DNA of 58,494 nt from an uncultured bacterium (GCA_964499705.1 CAZCME010000010.1:86280-144773), one strand, 5' to 3'; shown: positions 1-9,598, counted from the first letter of the stretch. The notes: generated by a model not told the origin, from the letters alone. Translations and numbers: made by a program.

Positions 1-4
1 AAAA

Positions 5-1366
5 GTGCAGTTCCACCTTGAGAACGGCGATGAGCGATTGACGCTGTCCGCGCGCAGGGAAAGCGTCTATCGCGTCGAGATCGACGCCGAGTCCTTCGGA
101 CTGGGAGTGTTGGCTCCGCTGGTGGGGCGCATCCTGGACATGGCGTCCGCAAAGCTGACGGCGACCGGCGGCCTGGACGCGGCGAATCCGCGGGAGTGGA
201 CCGTCGTGGTGGACGGATCGATTGCGGATCTGACGGTCCATCACGACCTTCTGGCGCGACAGGCGACGGACGGAATCGCCTTCGGTTTCACGCTCGACGC
301 GGCCGCGGCAAACGGCGAGATGAAGATCCATCGCGCCGAATTCTCCGTGGGGGGCGAAACGGCGGTCGTCAGCGGGCTGGCACGCAGCGCATCCGGATCG
401 AGCGGCATGAAGCCTGAGATTGATATCCGCGTGAGCTTTCCGCACGTCCAGATCGACCGGCTCGTGCGTTCGATTCCGCGTTCGCTCGTGCCGCACCTGC
501 CGAACCTCGCCGCGGACGGATCTCTTCATGGCGAGTTCCATTTCTATTGCGACTTCGAGAATCCCAGGACGCTCGAGTACGGCTTCAACGGCGACGTCGA
601 CAGCTTCGCGATCACGGGACTGGGACCGGATGTGAACATCGATTCGATGGCGGGAACTTTTCTTCACTGCGCGCGGCTGCCCGAGGGGAAAACGAAGGAG
701 ATCCGGGTCGGTCCGGAGAACAAGGATTTCGTTCCGTTGAAAAACATCCCGGGCGCCCTCGTGGGCGCGGTGCTGTGCGCGGAGGACGGCAGCTTCTTCT
801 CGCACAATGGCTTCAGCGGAAAGCATCTGCATGACGCCATCGTGGAGAACCTGGAGGCGGGACGCGTCGTGCGCGGCGCTTCGACCATTTCCATGCAGCT
901 TGCAAAGAACCTGTTTCTCTCCCGGGAGCGGACTCTCGGCAGAAAAGTCGAGGAAGCGCTCATCACGCTGGCCCTGGAGCAGAAGCTGGACAAGAAGAGG
1001 ATGATCGAGATCTATCTCAACATCATCGAGTGGGGCCCCGATGTCTGGGGCATTGGACAAGCGGCGCAGTACTACTTCGACAAGCCGGCGTCCGCGCTGG
1101 ACCCGATCGAGTGCGCGTTCCTGGCGTCGATCATCGCGCGCCCGACGAAGAAGTGGGGGAAGCAGCCGTTGAACCATATCCAGGGATGGTGGGCTTATGT
1201 GAGGCTTCTCCTGACCAAGATGTATCGCCGGGGAGACGTCGATACGGCTGTTCTTGTGAAGGCGGGAGTATCGGATACGGAGATCATGGCGCTCGTCGCG
1301 GCGGACAGCGCGACGGAGATCCTGCTGCCTCCGCCGGATGAAGTGAGCTGGACGGGATACCAGTAG
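5..1366 (+). CDS. Peptidoglycan transglycosylase (GT51 domain) protein, probably 5'-truncated by the window edge
   Basis: GT51 motifs AEDGSFFSHNG, RGASTISMQLAKNLFL, RKVEE, EIYLNIIEWG; no transpeptidase domain. Confidence 0.85.
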   Translation: MQFHLENGDERLTLSARRESVYRVEIDAESFGLGVLAPLVGRILDMASAKLTATGGLDAANPREWTVVVDGSIADLTVHHDLLARQATDGIAFGFTLDAAAANGEMKIHRAEFSVGGETAVVSGLARSASGSSGMKPEIDIRVSFPHVQIDRLVRSIPRSLVPHLPNLAADGSLHGEFHFYCDFENPRTLEYGFNGDVDSFAITGLGPDVNIDSMAGTFLHCARLPEGKTKEIRVGPENKDFVPLKNIPGALVGAVLCAEDGSFFSHNGFSGKHLHDAIVENLEAGRVVRGASTISMQLAKNLFLSRERTLGRKVEEALITLALEQKLDKKRMIEIYLNIIEWGPDVWGIGQAAQYYFDKPASALDPIECAFLASIIARPTKKWGKQPLNHIQGWWAYVRLLLTKMYRRGDVDTAVLVKAGVSDTEIMALVAADSATEILLPPPDEVSWTGYQ

Positions 1367-1456
1367 GGCGGAACTTCGATTTCGCGTTTCTGATTAATAT
1401 CGTCCCTTGATCATCCTCAATCATCTCCATGACTCCGCACGATCCCTTCTGTTAGA

Positions 1457-2629
1457 ATGCCTGAAATGAAATCCGAGATCTATCTCGATCATGCGGCAAC
1501 ATCCTTTCCCAAACCTCCGGTTGTCGTGAAGGCTGTGGTGAAGTGGGCGGAGCAAATGGGTGCGTCCGCGGGCCGCGGCGATTATCCCAGGGCTGTCAGG
1601 ACCGGGGAGATGATTTCGTCCTGCCGTCGAGAGCTGGCGCAACTGCTGGGTCTTGCCGATCCGGATCGAGTGATCTTCACGCTCAATTGTACGGACGCGA
1701 TCAACCTCGCGCTTCGCGGACTCAGCTTGAAAAAGGGCGATCGCGTCGTGGTCGGACCGACGGAACATAATTCCGTCATGCGCCCCCTGCGCCTCCTGCA
1801 GCGTACCATCGGGATCGACGTTGTATGCCTACGTGCCTCCGGGGAAGGTTCTATTGATCCGGCCGATCTTGCGAAGGCGCTTTCCAGGAAGACGAGGCTC
1901 GTTGCGATCCAGCATGCTTCGAATGTCCTGGGTGCAATCCATGACCTGGCCGCCCTGGGGCGCATCGCCCGGGCGCGTGGAGCGACATTTCTCGTGGATG
2001 CGGCGCAGACGGCGGGCGCGTGCCCGATCGACATGGCGCGGATGCGGATCGATCTGCTGGCCGTGCCCGGCCATAAGGCGCTCCAGGGGCCTCTCGGCAC
2101 GGGCGCGCTCCTCGTGGATTCCCGTATTCCACTGGAAGCGTGGCGCGTCGGAGGCACCGGTTCGCGCAGCGAAGACGAGGAGCATCCTGAACATTATCCT
2201 GACAGACTGGAGGCCGGCTCGCATAATGCTCCGGGCATCGCGGGACTCCTCGCGTCTCTCCAGTGGATTCGAAAGCGCGGCGTGAAGAACATCCGCGCTC
2301 ACGAGGAGACGCTTCTGCGGCGCTTCCTGGAGGGTCTCGATGATTTCGAGCGCGACGGTCGGCTCCGCATTCTTGGGCCTCGCGATGCGCGACGCAGATC
2401 GCCGGTCGTGACGATCGCTCCGTCTCGCCGCGATCCGCGCCTGCTGGCTTCTCTTCTCTGGAAGCGGCACCGGATCATGGTGCGACCGGGGCTCCATTGC
2501 GCTCCCGCCGCGCACCGCCTGGGAAAGACGTATCCCGACGGAGCGCTCCGGTTTTCCTTCGGTCCTTTCACGTCGACCGCGCAAATCGATGCGGCGCTGT
2601 CCGCGCTCGGAAGGATGCTATCGCGATGA
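1457..2629 (+). CDS. Class V PLP aminotransferase / cysteine desulfurase family protein
   Basis: IYLDHAATSFPKP, VDAAQ, PGHK (PLP lysine), RPGLHCAP catalytic Cys motif. Confidence 0.9.
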   Translation: MPEMKSEIYLDHAATSFPKPPVVVKAVVKWAEQMGASAGRGDYPRAVRTGEMISSCRRELAQLLGLADPDRVIFTLNCTDAINLALRGLSLKKGDRVVVGPTEHNSVMRPLRLLQRTIGIDVVCLRASGEGSIDPADLAKALSRKTRLVAIQHASNVLGAIHDLAALGRIARARGATFLVDAAQTAGACPIDMARMRIDLLAVPGHKALQGPLGTGALLVDSRIPLEAWRVGGTGSRSEDEEHPEHYPDRLEAGSHNAPGIAGLLASLQWIRKRGVKNIRAHEETLLRRFLEGLDDFERDGRLRILGPRDARRRSPVVTIAPSRRDPRLLASLLWKRHRIMVRPGLHCAPAAHRLGKTYPDGALRFSFGPFTSTAQIDAALSALGRMLSR

Positions 2630-3828
2630 TTCACATGATCGGGCTGTCGCACAAGACGGCGGAGATCCGGATGCGGGAGGAGTTTCTCCGCCGCGCGCCG
2701 ACCACGGAAAGTCTCGTGGCGGGCCGATTCTGCGACGAGAGCGTTCGTGTCGCGACGTGCAACCGGCACGAGACCTACTTTGTCACAAGCAGCGCCGACG
2801 CGGACCCGGTCCGCCGCCACTTCGGCGATTGCCTCGGCGAGCTGTTCGCGGCGTGCAGGATCACATCGGGTTCGGAAGTGGTCCGCCACCTGTATCGCGT
2901 GGCGAGCTCCATCGAGTCGCTTGTCGTCGGGGAGACGCAGATCCTGGGGCAGATCAAGTCGGGCGAGGAGGACGCCGAGAAGAAGCGCACGATCGGACCG
3001 TACCTGCGCCGGCTCTTCATCGAGGCGCGCCGCGTCGGCGCGGCGGTCAGGACGAGAACATCGCTGGGGGAAGGGAGCGTTTCCGTCGCGTCCCTGGCGG
3101 CACGCCTGACGGGCAAGATCTTCGGCTCCCTGAAGGGGAGAAAGCTGATCCTCGTGGGCGCCGGTGAAATGGGCCGGATCGCGGCGGAATATTTCGCGAA
3201 GGCGGGTTGCGTCATATCCATCGCGGCCCGCGAGGAGAGCGCGACGGCCTCGTCGCTGGCGGCGGATCTGACCGCGGACATCGTGCCCCTCGCGGATCTC
3301 GATCGGCTCATGAAAGAAGCCGATATCATCGTGACGGCCGCCTCCGTGACGGAACATCTCCTGAGGCGTTCCGGCGTTTCGAAGGCTCTGGAGGGCCGCG
3401 GCGGCCGCCCGCTCTTCCTCCTCGATATCGCCCTTCCCAGGAATATCGATCCCGACGTATCCGATCTTCCCGGCGCTTATCTCTACGATATCGACGATCT
3501 GGAATCGATGGCCCTGGAATTCGCGCGCCGGAGAGAAGGAGAGATCATGAAGGCGGAACAGATCGTGGATGAAGCGAGAGCGAAATGGCCGGAGCTGGAG
3601 CGGGACATCCGCCTGAGGCCCGTGGTCGGCCTGGCCTATGAGCGGCTGAAGGCGCTCGAAGCCTCGGGAGCGAAGAACATTCCCGATGAGGAAGCGCGCC
3701 GCAACTACAGGCTCCGCCTGCACAGGCTCTTCCATTTCACCAGGAACGCGCTGACCGACGCGGACGATATCGATCTGCCTTTCCGTATCGCGGGCTTCGA
3801 GCGGCTCTTCAGGACTCGCGATTCATGA
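2626..3828 (+). CDS. hemA: Glutamyl-tRNA reductase
   Basis: GLSHKTA..REE, TCNR catalytic motif, SLVVGETQILGQ, GAGEMG, DIALPRNID; ATG at 2626 overlaps the upstream stop (ATGA). Confidence 0.9.
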   Translation: MIHMIGLSHKTAEIRMREEFLRRAPTTESLVAGRFCDESVRVATCNRHETYFVTSSADADPVRRHFGDCLGELFAACRITSGSEVVRHLYRVASSIESLVVGETQILGQIKSGEEDAEKKRTIGPYLRRLFIEARRVGAAVRTRTSLGEGSVSVASLAARLTGKIFGSLKGRKLILVGAGEMGRIAAEYFAKAGCVISIAAREESATASSLAADLTADIVPLADLDRLMKEADIIVTAASVTEHLLRRSGVSKALEGRGGRPLFLLDIALPRNIDPDVSDLPGAYLYDIDDLESMALEFARRREGEIMKAEQIVDEARAKWPELERDIRLRPVVGLAYERLKALEASGAKNIPDEEARRNYRLRLHRLFHFTRNALTDADDIDLPFRIAGFERLFRTRDS

Positions 3829-5036
3829 GCGCGCCTGTTTCGCCTCTCATCAAGGGGAATAAGGTGACATTCCGTATTCATGCGCCGCATGCCAACATGG
3901 TCAACGTGCTCGGGACATTCAGCAACTGGGATCTGACGGGCGGCGTGATGGAAAGAAACAGTGAAGGACTCTGGTCGCGCACCGTCGATGTTCCGCTCGA
4001 GGGTTCCTACGACTACAAGTTCATCATGGACGGCGAGTGGGTACTGGATCCCGGAAATCCCGACTACGGCAAGGATGCGAAGGGGAGATACAACTCGCGG
4101 TTTCTCGTCTCCACGTCCGCGTCCGCCGTGGACCACCTCCGCGCCGTTTCCGCCGCCCTGGCGGCGCATCCTCCGGGATCCTTCCGGTCCGAGCGGCTCG
4201 ATGCGCTGAACCGGGCCGACACCATCATGCAGCTGCCGACTGCGGCGCACAGCCGCGTGCTGCGGGACCATTACGTCGAGCGGATGGAAATGCTGGCGGG
4301 CGCGATGGCGCGGAAGGATCGGAATTTCGCCGGCGGAGTTTATTGCCATGGTCACGTTATCCAGCGGGGCGGCAAGACGATCGGGATCGATGTCGTGACG
4401 ACGCGCTCGGTATGGGGCATGTACTGGGATGTGCCGTCCCGGATGGTGGAGGCGCTTGCGGGAGGCCTCGATCTGCTGTGCGTCTCTCATCTCCATGTCG
4501 ACCATTTCGATCCGCTGGTCGTGAAGCACCTCGTGGCCCGCAATGTTCCCGTCTTCGTTCCCGAGGAGACGGTGACGCGATTTCCGGAAGGGGTCACGCC
4601 TGTCGCCGCGGACGGCACCGCGGAGGCGTTCGGGTGGAAGATCACGTTCCATCGCGGGGTACATGTCTATGACGAGCGGCGGATGCTTATTCTCAGGTAT
4701 CTCGAGCTGGTCTCCCCGGATGGTTTCCGGACCGTCCACACGACGGATCATGATTACACCACGGGCGTTCGGCATTCCGGTCCGATCGATCTCCTCATCG
4801 CCAAGGCCGGAGGAATCAATCCCGACTTCGAGAACAGGGCCATCGACGCCTTTCGCAATCTGCTGCTCCATGTGAAGCCCGCCCGATTCGTTCCCGGGCA
4901 CCTGAATGAGCTCGGGCATCCGGTGCGCGGCGGCCGCGAGCCGTATCGAACAGGGGTCGAGATCGTGAAGGCACATCCGGAAATCCTGGGTGATCTTCTG
5001 CACTGGGGGGAGATCTGGGAGCTTGCGGGGAAGTAA
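3825..5036 (+). CDS. CBM48/AMPK-type glycogen-binding domain fused to a metallo-beta-lactamase-fold hydrolase
   Basis: N-term VNVLGTFSNW...GLWS...YDYKFIMDGEWVLDP; C-term SHLHVDH (HxHxDH), HTTD, PGH. Confidence 0.7.
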   Translation: MSAPVSPLIKGNKVTFRIHAPHANMVNVLGTFSNWDLTGGVMERNSEGLWSRTVDVPLEGSYDYKFIMDGEWVLDPGNPDYGKDAKGRYNSRFLVSTSASAVDHLRAVSAALAAHPPGSFRSERLDALNRADTIMQLPTAAHSRVLRDHYVERMEMLAGAMARKDRNFAGGVYCHGHVIQRGGKTIGIDVVTTRSVWGMYWDVPSRMVEALAGGLDLLCVSHLHVDHFDPLVVKHLVARNVPVFVPEETVTRFPEGVTPVAADGTAEAFGWKITFHRGVHVYDERRMLILRYLELVSPDGFRTVHTTDHDYTTGVRHSGPIDLLIAKAGGINPDFENRAIDAFRNLLLHVKPARFVPGHLNELGHPVRGGREPYRTGVEIVKAHPEILGDLLHWGEIWELAGK

Positions 5037-5052
5037 CGGCTCACGGGAATCC

Positions 5053-5094
5053 AAAAAAAATGCCCCCGGCTCCGTCTGTAACGGCGCCGGGGGC
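5053..5094 (-). terminator. Rho-independent terminator of the csp gene (may be bidirectional)
   Basis: gcccccggc (5062-5070) / gccgggggc (5086-5094) stem, followed by 8 T on the minus strand. Confidence 0.8.
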
Positions 5095-5111
5095 TGGAAA
5101 AGCTGCCGGGA

Positions 5112-5312
5112 TTATATCTTCGTTACATTAACGGCCTGCAGGCCCTTTTCGCCCTGAGAGATTTCGAACTGGACTTCGTCGCCTTCGTTCAAGGACTTGT
5201 AACCTTCGGACTTGATCGCCGAATAATGAACGAACACGTCCTCGCCACCGTCCTGCTTGATGAATCCAAAACCCTTCTGGGCGTTGAACCACTTGACCCG
5301 ACCTGTTGCCAT
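5112..5312 (-). CDS. csp: Cold-shock protein (CspA family), 66 aa
   Basis: [18 protein letters not shown]...[19 protein letters not shown] at 5321-5327. Confidence 0.97.
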   Translation of the reverse strand: MATGRVKWFNAQKGFGFIKQDGGEDVFVHYSAIKSEGYKSLNEGDEVQFEISQGEKGLQAVNVTKI

Positions 5313-5494
5313 TCTGATCTTCCTCCTATGTCGCTCCGGGAGCGCCATATCCCCCGCCATGGGCGTTTGGATGGCTCTGGTGCGCATTCACTCCCAAGCA
5401 CACAAAATTTTTCAAATCAAAAGGCAACCGGAAAATATTGTCAAGCAGATTAATCCCGGTGATCGAACATATTCAGGTCTTCGGCGCCGGTCTC

Positions 5495-5523
5495 CTCAAG
5501 TTTTCCTGTGATCATGCCGACAA
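5495..5523 (+). promoter_or_regulatory. Putative sigma28 (FliA/SigD) promoter 1
   Basis: CTCAAG-N15-GCCGACAA; the same architecture recurs at 5665-5693. Confidence 0.6.
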
Positions 5524-5529
5524 GTATTT

Positions 5530-5623
5530 CAGATGCCCGAGCGTAACGTCCCGGGCACCTGCCTTATTCATACTTTTATGCCGTTGAGCGGGTCGGCTGC
5601 GGAGCATGACCCGCTCTTTTTTT
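5530..5623 (+). ncRNA. Candidate ~95-nt sigma28-dependent small RNA
   Basis: Lies between promoter 1 and an otherwise orphan terminator; 5' hairpin (tgcccg/cgggca), AU-rich middle, no ORF with a clear RBS. Confidence 0.45.
5586..5623 (+). terminator. Rho-independent terminator
   Basis: gagcgggtc / gacccgctc stem followed by T7. Confidence 0.8.
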
Positions 5624-5664
5624 AATGGCCTCTCTCGCCACCTCAAAAATGAATGAAAATTTCT

Positions 5665-5693
5665 CTCAAGTCCCCGGCCGGGGCTGCCGACAA
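5665..5693 (+). promoter_or_regulatory. Putative sigma28 promoter 2, upstream of the yjfB-like gene
   Basis: CTCAAG-N15-GCCGACAA. Confidence 0.6.
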
Positions 5694-5766
5694 TGTTGAT
5701 GAGCCATCGTGCGCCCTCGGGAGGAATTCCCGCGGGAGGCGGGATGAGATTTTCTGGAGGAAGCCC

Positions 5767-5931
5767 ATGGATGGGATTACGGCCCTTGCGGGGGCGGCAA
5801 CGGATCTTGCGACGGCCGGGGTGAATACCGACGCCCAGGTTAAAGTCCTCAAATCTGCAATCGATCAGGCGGGGGAGCAACTTCTCCCTCTGCTGGAAGG
5901 TCTTGGAGAAAACGTAGACCTGATGGCTTGA
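5767..5931 (+). CDS. YjfB-family putative motility protein (54 aa)
   Basis: VKVLKSAID...LL..L...LGENVDLMA pattern typical of YjfB; GGAGG RBS at 5756-5760. Confidence 0.65.
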   Translation: MDGITALAGAATDLATAGVNTDAQVKVLKSAIDQAGEQLLPLLEGLGENVDLMA

Positions 5932-5952
5932 TAATATTGAAGTAGACGGCAT

Positions 5953-5999
5953 AAAAGCATGGCGGCGCGAGGTTTCCGCAGACCTCCGCCGCTGCTTTT
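5953..5999. terminator. Probable terminator hairpin after the yjfB-like gene
   Basis: aaaagca..ggcg..gaggt / acctc.cgcc..tgctttt imperfect inverted repeat. Confidence 0.45.
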
Positions 6000-6110
6000 A
6001 GTTAGTTCTCCGATTTTACATTCCCGCCACATCCCCCTTTACTTTTCACGAGTTGCATGCCATATTTCAGCCCGTAGCTGAAGTCATCATCCAATAAGGC
6101 GGGTTTTGCC

Positions 6111-6452
6111 ATGATCAAAGAGGACATCGTCGAAGCTGTTTCAAAGGACATCGGACTTCCCAAGCACGAGTGTCTTGAGGTGGTCGATAGCATCATTGAT
6201 TCCATCAAGGATCTCCTCGAAGCGGGAAAGAAGATAGAAATTCGAGAGTTCGGCACATTCACCGTGGTGAACCGCAAGGCCAAGATCGGCAGGATCATTG
6301 CCACGGGAGGTACCGTAGTCGTTCCCCCACGTCGGGCTCCAAAGTTTCTTCCGGGCCGCATCCTGAAGGAATTGGTCAATTCCGGAGCCTCGGTGGCCGC
6401 TCAGCCGGCACCACGCCCGGAGCCGGCCAGCACGCCAGCCCGGCCGTCGTAG
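6111..6452 (+). CDS. HU/IHF family DNA-binding protein with a Pro/Ala-rich tail
   Basis: MIKEDIVEAV...KIEIREFGTF...RKAKIGR...PKFLPG. Confidence 0.9.
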   Translation: MIKEDIVEAVSKDIGLPKHECLEVVDSIIDSIKDLLEAGKKIEIREFGTFTVVNRKAKIGRIIATGGTVVVPPRRAPKFLPGRILKELVNSGASVAAQPAPRPEPASTPARPS

Positions 6453-6477
6453 TCTCACAGCCGACCAGCGCTCAATC

Positions 6478-6548
6478 GCGGGAGTAGCTTAGTGGTAAAG
6501 CTCCAGCCTTCCAAGCTGGCTATGAGGGTTCGATTCCCTTCTCCCGCT
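6478..6548 (+). tRNA. tRNA-Gly (anticodon TCC); CCA not encoded in this copy
   Basis: Cloverleaf GCGGGAG/CTCCCGC; D-arm GCTT/AAGC; anticodon arm CCAGC-CTTCCAA-GCTGG; T-loop TTCGATT. Confidence 0.95.
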
Positions 6549-6665
6549 GAATTTGCGCAGCAAATTCGAGGGAGGACCGAAGATGTCGCGCTGCAGGATG
6601 CGGCGCATCCCTTGGGAATCAAGCGGTCGCAGGAAGCGGACCGCGTCTTCCCTTCTCCCGCTCCA
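6534..6665 (+). repeat. 15-bp direct repeat of the tRNA-Gly 3' end (6534-6548, 6648-6662) flanking a 99-bp structured insert; the second copy is followed by CCA
   Basis: ttcccttctcccgct occurs twice; hairpins between the copies. Confidence 0.8.
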
Positions 6666-6703
6666 TACCACTCTCCCGCTGATCGTGCGATGCCGGCATT
6701 CCC

Positions 6704-8203
6704 ATGACACTTGCTCCTTCAGCTCTTCTTTCCCTCACCGATAAGACCGGCGTTGACTTGTTCGCCTCCGAACTCTCGCATCGCGGCATCGGCCTCATTG
6801 CCACAGGCGGGACGGCGGCGCTCTTGCAAAAGAACGGGTTGACCGTTCGAGAAGCGGGGGAGTTGACGGGAGTCGGGGAGATCATGGACGGCCGAGTCAA
6901 GACGCTCTCGCCCATGATCTTCGCCGGGATCCTGGCGCGTCGTCATGAAGACTCCGACATCGCCGACCTGACGAAGCTGGGCGCGCCCGATATCAGGCTT
7001 GTCGTCTGCAACCTCTATCAGTTCGATCCGAAGGCGGAGGATCCGGTGCCGGGCATCGACATTGGAGGCGTCGCCCTGATTCGCGCCGCCGCGAAGAATT
7101 GCCGGGATGTCGCCGTGCTCGTCGATCCCGCCGATTACTCCGAGTATCTCGCCACCTTCGATCGCGGGCCCGATGCCTTGGCGGAGCGGCGCATCGCATG
7201 GGCGGCAAAGGCCTGGGATTACATCGCGGATTATGACGCGGCGATCGCCGAAGCGTATGCGCCGCATCGCGGCGACGACCGCAAGCTCCGGATTTCCCTG
7301 TCTCGTCACCGCGAGCTTCGCTACGGCGAGAATCCTCATCAGTCGGCGACGTGGTGGCGGACACCCGGAGCTGGCTTGCACGACGCGGAAACCGTCGAAG
7401 GGAAAGAACTCTCCTACAACAACATCCTCGACATTTCCGCCGCGACGGCCCTGGCCCAGGATCTCGGCGAAGGAGCTGCCGCGATCATCAAGCATCAGAA
7501 TCCCTGCGGAGCGGCGCGGCGCGGTTCATCGTCGGCCTCTCTGGCTGCCGCGCTGGAAACGGATCGGGCGGCCGCGTTCGGAGGAGTCATCGCGGTGAAC
7601 GGCGAGGTCGATATCGAGACCGTGAGCGTCCTCGATAAACTCTTCTTCGAAGTGATCATCGCGCCAGTATTTTCCGGGGATGCTCTGGAGCGCCTGAAGA
7701 AGAAGAAAAATCTCCGGATCGTGAAGTGGCCCCGCCCTGTTTTCGGCGAGATGGAATTCCGAACCGCCCCGGGCGGATTACTGACGCAGTCGCGCGACGC
7801 GATCTTCCTGCCGGCCGGCCAGGTTGCTCCGAAGGTCGTCTCGAAGAGAGCTCCGACCGACGTGGAAATGAGCGACATGCTGACCGCCGACATCATCGCC
7901 AAGCATGTCCGATCCAACGCGGTGGTGCTCGTCAAGGACGGCTCGACCGTCGGAATCGGCGCCGGCCAGATGAACCGCGCGGATTCGGTCCGGATCGCGG
8001 TGTTCAAGGCTGGAGACAGGGCCGCAGGTGCTGTCATGGCCTCCGACGCCTTCTTTCCATTTTCCGACGGGATCGAGAACGCGAAAGGAGTCACGGCCGT
8101 CATTCAGCCCGGAGGATCGATCCGGGACGACGAAGTGATCGCGGCGGCCGATCAGTTGGGAATGGCGCTTGTGTTCACGGGAGTGCGGCACTTCAGGCAC
8201 TGA
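6704..8203 (+). CDS. purH: Bifunctional AICAR transformylase / IMP cyclohydrolase
   Basis: [57 protein letters not shown]. Confidence 0.97.
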   Translation: MTLAPSALLSLTDKTGVDLFASELSHRGIGLIATGGTAALLQKNGLTVREAGELTGVGEIMDGRVKTLSPMIFAGILARRHEDSDIADLTKLGAPDIRLVVCNLYQFDPKAEDPVPGIDIGGVALIRAAAKNCRDVAVLVDPADYSEYLATFDRGPDALAERRIAWAAKAWDYIADYDAAIAEAYAPHRGDDRKLRISLSRHRELRYGENPHQSATWWRTPGAGLHDAETVEGKELSYNNILDISAATALAQDLGEGAAAIIKHQNPCGAARRGSSSASLAAALETDRAAAFGGVIAVNGEVDIETVSVLDKLFFEVIIAPVFSGDALERLKKKKNLRIVKWPRPVFGEMEFRTAPGGLLTQSRDAIFLPAGQVAPKVVSKRAPTDVEMSDMLTADIIAKHVRSNAVVLVKDGSTVGIGAGQMNRADSVRIAVFKAGDRAAGAVMASDAFFPFSDGIENAKGVTAVIQPGGSIRDDEVIAAADQLGMALVFTGVRHFRH

Positions 8204-8234
8204 GAAATTCGATCATCACGAATCACGGACCGCA
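8008..8234 (+). repeat. Copy 1 of a 227-bp direct repeat (purH 3' end plus 31 bp downstream)
   Basis: Matches 9685-9911 except for a8059/g9736 (synonymous). Confidence 0.9.
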
Positions 8235-8437
8235 TGGCCGCGATTGGAGTGAAGATCAACATTGCGATCATCAGGTAATTGCGAAACATGGCTCTCTTCC
8301 TCGAAGAGCAATTGCTGTCGATTCCATGGACCGCTGTTCCTGATAAAAGGATGGATATTGCGGAGAGTCTCGTGGCCGATCATGGCAGCCGTCTTAACCG
8401 GATGAACGCGCTCTCCATCCACACGGAGACGCCCCGG

Positions 8438-9598
8438 TCATCGTGATCGAGTGATGCATCCCGTGGCTTCCTCGATAGCGGGAAGCGCATCCCGAAATGG
8501 ATCGGCCGGTGTCAGGAGCGAGACCACGATCCGAGGTTCGGAGTAGTCGTAGAGATAACCGGGATGAACCCACCAGCCTCGATCGAGAAGCGCCGCGGCG
8601 ACTTGTTCATCGTCATCGACCTCTATCACGGCGGTCCACGAGGCTCCCGTCGAGCGAAGTATCTTTCCGATGGAAGACTCACTTAGAGTTGCGAGATTCT
8701 CGCGGATCCGCGAGGAAATGTTCGCGCGGATGCAAGGAGCCAGCGAGAGGAGATCCGGCAGAGCGCTCATCGCGATTTGATTCACGGAGAGGTATGCGTC
8801 GGCAATATGCTCGAGCCTTTCGAGAGCGTCGCGCACGACGACGGGATTTCCTTCGGCCGCGATCCAGCCGAGCTTCACTCCGGGGAGACCGGCCGTCTTC
8901 GAGAGACCGCCGAGGCGAAAGACGAGCGGAGCCATCGTCGCGGCGGAACCGATTCCGGAATCGGCATAGTCCGCGAAGACCTCGTCGATGATGAGAGCCG
9001 CGCCGGAAGCGTGACAGAAGCGCGAAAGTCGCTCCAGCGATTCCCGTGTCGGCAGTGTGCCGCCGGGCATGTGTGGCGCCATCGCGAGAACCACGCGGCA
9101 CTCGGGCGGCGGAGACGGAAGCACCCACGCGCCGTCGTCCTCGACCGCGTAGGAACCGACACGAAGACCATCGAGCGGCGCGAGAATGTCGAGGAGGGGA
9201 TAACCCGGTCTCGGCACGAGAACGACATCGCCGGGATCGGCGAGGAGCTTGAAGAGTTGAGCGAGCGCATCGCTCGTCGAAGCGGCGAGGCAGATCCGAG
9301 CCGGATCGATCGAGATACCGCGCCGCGCGAAATCTTCAGCCACGGCACTTCGAGCCGGCATCGAACCGAAAGGCTCCGGCTCGTACCGCGCCCCCGCCGC
9401 GCGCGCGATCGCATCGCGGATCTCGCCATCCGGATACTCGATTCCGGCCAGTGTCGGATTGAGGATCGAGAGGTCGACAAGCGGAAGCTCCGCGCGCAGT
9501 CGATTCGCACGCGCCGCGAAGAGCGCGGTAAGGCCGTGGGACGTATCGAGCCGCCCGGCAAATCGAATCGCACGGCCCAACGCTTTCGGAATCGTCAT
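8438..9598 (-). CDS. Class I/II PLP-dependent aminotransferase
   Basis: PGDVVLVPRPGYP, LIIDEVF, GGLSKTAGLPGVKLGW; start re-called to the ATG at 9598. Confidence 0.85.
   Translation of the reverse strand: MTIPKALGRAIRFAGRLDTSHGLTALFAARANRLRAELPLVDLSILNPTLAGIEYPDGEIRDAIARAAGARYEPEPFGSMPARSAVAEDFARRGISIDPARICLAASTSDALAQLFKLLADPGDVVLVPRPGYPLLDILAPLDGLRVGSYAVEDDGAWVLPSPPPECRVVLAMAPHMPGGTLPTRESLERLSRFCHASGAALIIDEVFADYADSGIGSAATMAPLVFRLGGLSKTAGLPGVKLGWIAAEGNPVVVRDALERLEHIADAYLSVNQIAMSALPDLLSLAPCIRANISSRIRENLATLSESSIGKILRSTGASWTAVIEVDDDEQVAAALLDRGWWVHPGYLYDYSEPRIVVSLLTPADPFRDALPAIEEATGCITRSR

Noticed and set aside
6549-6703. ZMP/ZTP riboswitch upstream of purH
   Set aside because: No GACTGGCG...CGCCTGGGC pseudoknot signature; the region is better explained by the tRNA-end duplication
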